From Carpediemonas membranifera BICM (Eukaryota; Protista; Fornicata): a stretch of 64,000 nucleotides of DNA. A program made the position numbers and the translations under genes. Of the stretch, positions 62,485 through 64,000 are shown in pieces. Location: NCBI GenBank assembly GCA_019828565.1, contig JAHDYR010000067.1, positions 340,244-404,243 of the forward strand. Reading direction: 5' to 3'. The first letter of the stretch is position 1, and every line of letters begins with the position of its first letter. The notes beneath the pieces were generated by a model that had not been told where the DNA came from, searched no databases, and saw only the letters and a list, made by a program, of their open reading frames with translations.

Positions 62485-64000
62485 ATGGTCGGACAGAACG
62501 AATTTCTAGCTATCATAGGGTTATCTTCTGTGGTTTCGTGCTTCTCAATGCTCCCTTTGTCATCATTTAGGTCCCACATGCCACTGTTCGGCGAAGACAG
62601 CGATGTTGACGTCAACGGTGTTCCAAGCGTGCTCTTTGTCGCCGTGGGTCTTCTTCTCGTACTTCTCACTCTATCGTGCTGCTTCTGTGCCGTCTCTTCT
62701 GTCGTGAGCTATGCTCTTCTCTTCCTTCTCATCAGATACAAGCGACTGAAGCGCAGGAACGCAGTCACGCCGCAAGAGCGGCGCTGGCTGGACGCTGCAC
62801 GAGCTGCGATCCTTCACAAGGACTGGTCAACTGACAACCGACAAGAATTCGTGGACGAGGTTGAGCACGTGAAGAAGCTCATTGACGCCGCCACCACTGC
62901 GAACAACACCGTGCTCAACTCGCACATCCCCAAGCTCCACAAGCTTCTAGAGATCCATCAGCAGACCATGGACCTCCTAAACGCCGTCCCCGAGGGCTGG
63001 AAGGTCGCCCTTGACCCGCAGGACGAACATGCCATCAACGCCCTCCACAACCTCAAGGCCCGCGGATTCGCCGACGCAGAGGTCCCCCGCGCTGCCATTG
63101 ACCAGCTCTGGGCCGACCGAGTGGCCGATCTCCTCGCCAGGGAGCTTTGCTGGTCTCTAAGCCGAAGGGGCGAGCTCACTCGGTTCATCCAATACGTCAG
63201 ACGCATGCTTGAGTTCGGAGAGAAGGTAGCTGAGTCCTATGCAGCTGCTAAGGGCAGGCTGGTCGTGCTTTACAACGAGCTGGCCGGGGTCCAGCAGATA
63301 CTGGCGTCTGTCCCTGCTGACATCGACACAGAGCTACAGCGGCTGGATGTGGCGATCGTTGAGGCACGGAAACGGTACAAGATCACTGAGATCTCCACGC
63401 CCGACGACGCTGATGCAGTCCAGGCATCCCGAGACAACTACCGCGCTTCGACCAGCCGCAAAGAGCGCCTCCTCATCTCCCTCGCCGAGCTCAAGGCGGC
63501 TGGGTTCGCCGACGCCCCTGTACTCCCACCCCTGGACGTGCGGTGCAGCAGCATGACCCTCGCCATGTTCGACGACATCCAGCCGATGAACCGGAGCAAC
63601 CACGGCGTCGAGAGCGCCACTTACGAGGGCCGGCCGGTGGTGCTGAAGTCGTACAGCAGTCTGAATGAGAAGGATCGGAGGAGCATGTACAACGAGCTCA
63701 AGACGCTGGATGCAGTCTCACACCCGAACGTCGCAAAGGCAATCTTCGCGTTCAGTGAGGATAAGCTCTTTTACATAGTGTACGACCACTATATGTACGG
63801 ATCCCTGCTTGACTGGAAGGACGCGATGCAGAAGGCTGGTACGCTGGTCGAGGCAGACGTCATCTTCAGCGCAAGGAAGATTATAGAGGCTGTTGCCGCG
63901 CTCCATGCACAATCTGTGATACATTGTGACATCAAGCCGGAGAATGTTTTTGTCACTGGGAACGGTTCGCCGATCTTGGGCGATTTTGACGTGTCAAAGT
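62485..64000 (+). CDS. Membrane-anchored protein kinase, 3'-partial (absent from the ORF track; start may be 62485, 62548 or 62578)
   Basis: Frame is open to the window end: Cys-containing TM segment, helical region, then VVLK, NEL, HPNV, YGSL, IHCDIKPENV, LGDFDVSK. Confidence 0.85.
   Translation, partial: MVGQNEFLAIIGLSSVVSCFSMLPLSSFRSHMPLFGEDSDVDVNGVPSVLFVAVGLLLVLLTLSCCFCAVSSVVSYALLFLLIRYKRLKRRNAVTPQERRWLDAARAAILHKDWSTDNRQEFVDEVEHVKKLIDAATTANNTVLNSHIPKLHKLLEIHQQTMDLLNAVPEGWKVALDPQDEHAINALHNLKARGFADAEVPRAAIDQLWADRVADLLARELCWSLSRRGELTRFIQYVRRMLEFGEKVAESYAAAKGRLVVLYNELAGVQQILASVPADIDTELQRLDVAIVEARKRYKITEISTPDDADAVQASRDNYRASTSRKERLLISLAELKAAGFADAPVLPPLDVRCSSMTLAMFDDIQPMNRSNHGVESATYEGRPVVLKSYSSLNEKDRRSMYNELKTLDAVSHPNVAKAIFAFSEDKLFYIVYDHYMYGSLLDWKDAMQKAGTLVEADVIFSARKIIEAVAALHAQSVIHCDIKPENVFVTGNGSPILGDFDVSK

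Overview
Gene-dense eukaryotic nuclear DNA with about 35 genes, short intergenic spacers and the standard genetic code. It has tiny (mostly 28-32 nt) spliceosomal introns, mostly with GT(A/T)TGT donors and a branch point fused to the 3' AG. The intron style, flagellar genes and a hydrogenosome-type presequence point to an anaerobic flagellate, probably a free-living metamonad such as a Carpediemonas-like organism (inference). Housekeeping genes include CYB5D1, Grp170-like Hsp70, a bromodomain protein, proteasome beta-6, RhoGAP, cystinosin, a Set2-like SET protein, HECT E3, a longin R-SNARE, a CKK protein, SMC6, ELP2, a Pho87/91-type transporter, NTF2 and a BRCT protein. Highlights: (1) a 401-aa VMA1-like intein with a degenerate LAGLIDADG domain inserted in the Walker A motif of SMC6; (2) a decayed Fanzor/TnpB-type RuvC gene followed by a hairpin-rich candidate omegaRNA and bracketed by a 30-bp direct repeat; (3) an intron-containing gene, missed in full by the ORF track, for a bacterial-type [FeFe]-hydrogenase-associated ACT-like protein with an organelle-targeting presequence, lying between two inverted cathepsin copies; (4) a CatSper epsilon-like subunit; (5) a 4.27-kb inverted duplication that makes chimeric RCC1-like genes; (6) GC-AG and possibly GT-AT introns in NTF2. 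All family assignments come from motifs recognised by eye; no searches were run.
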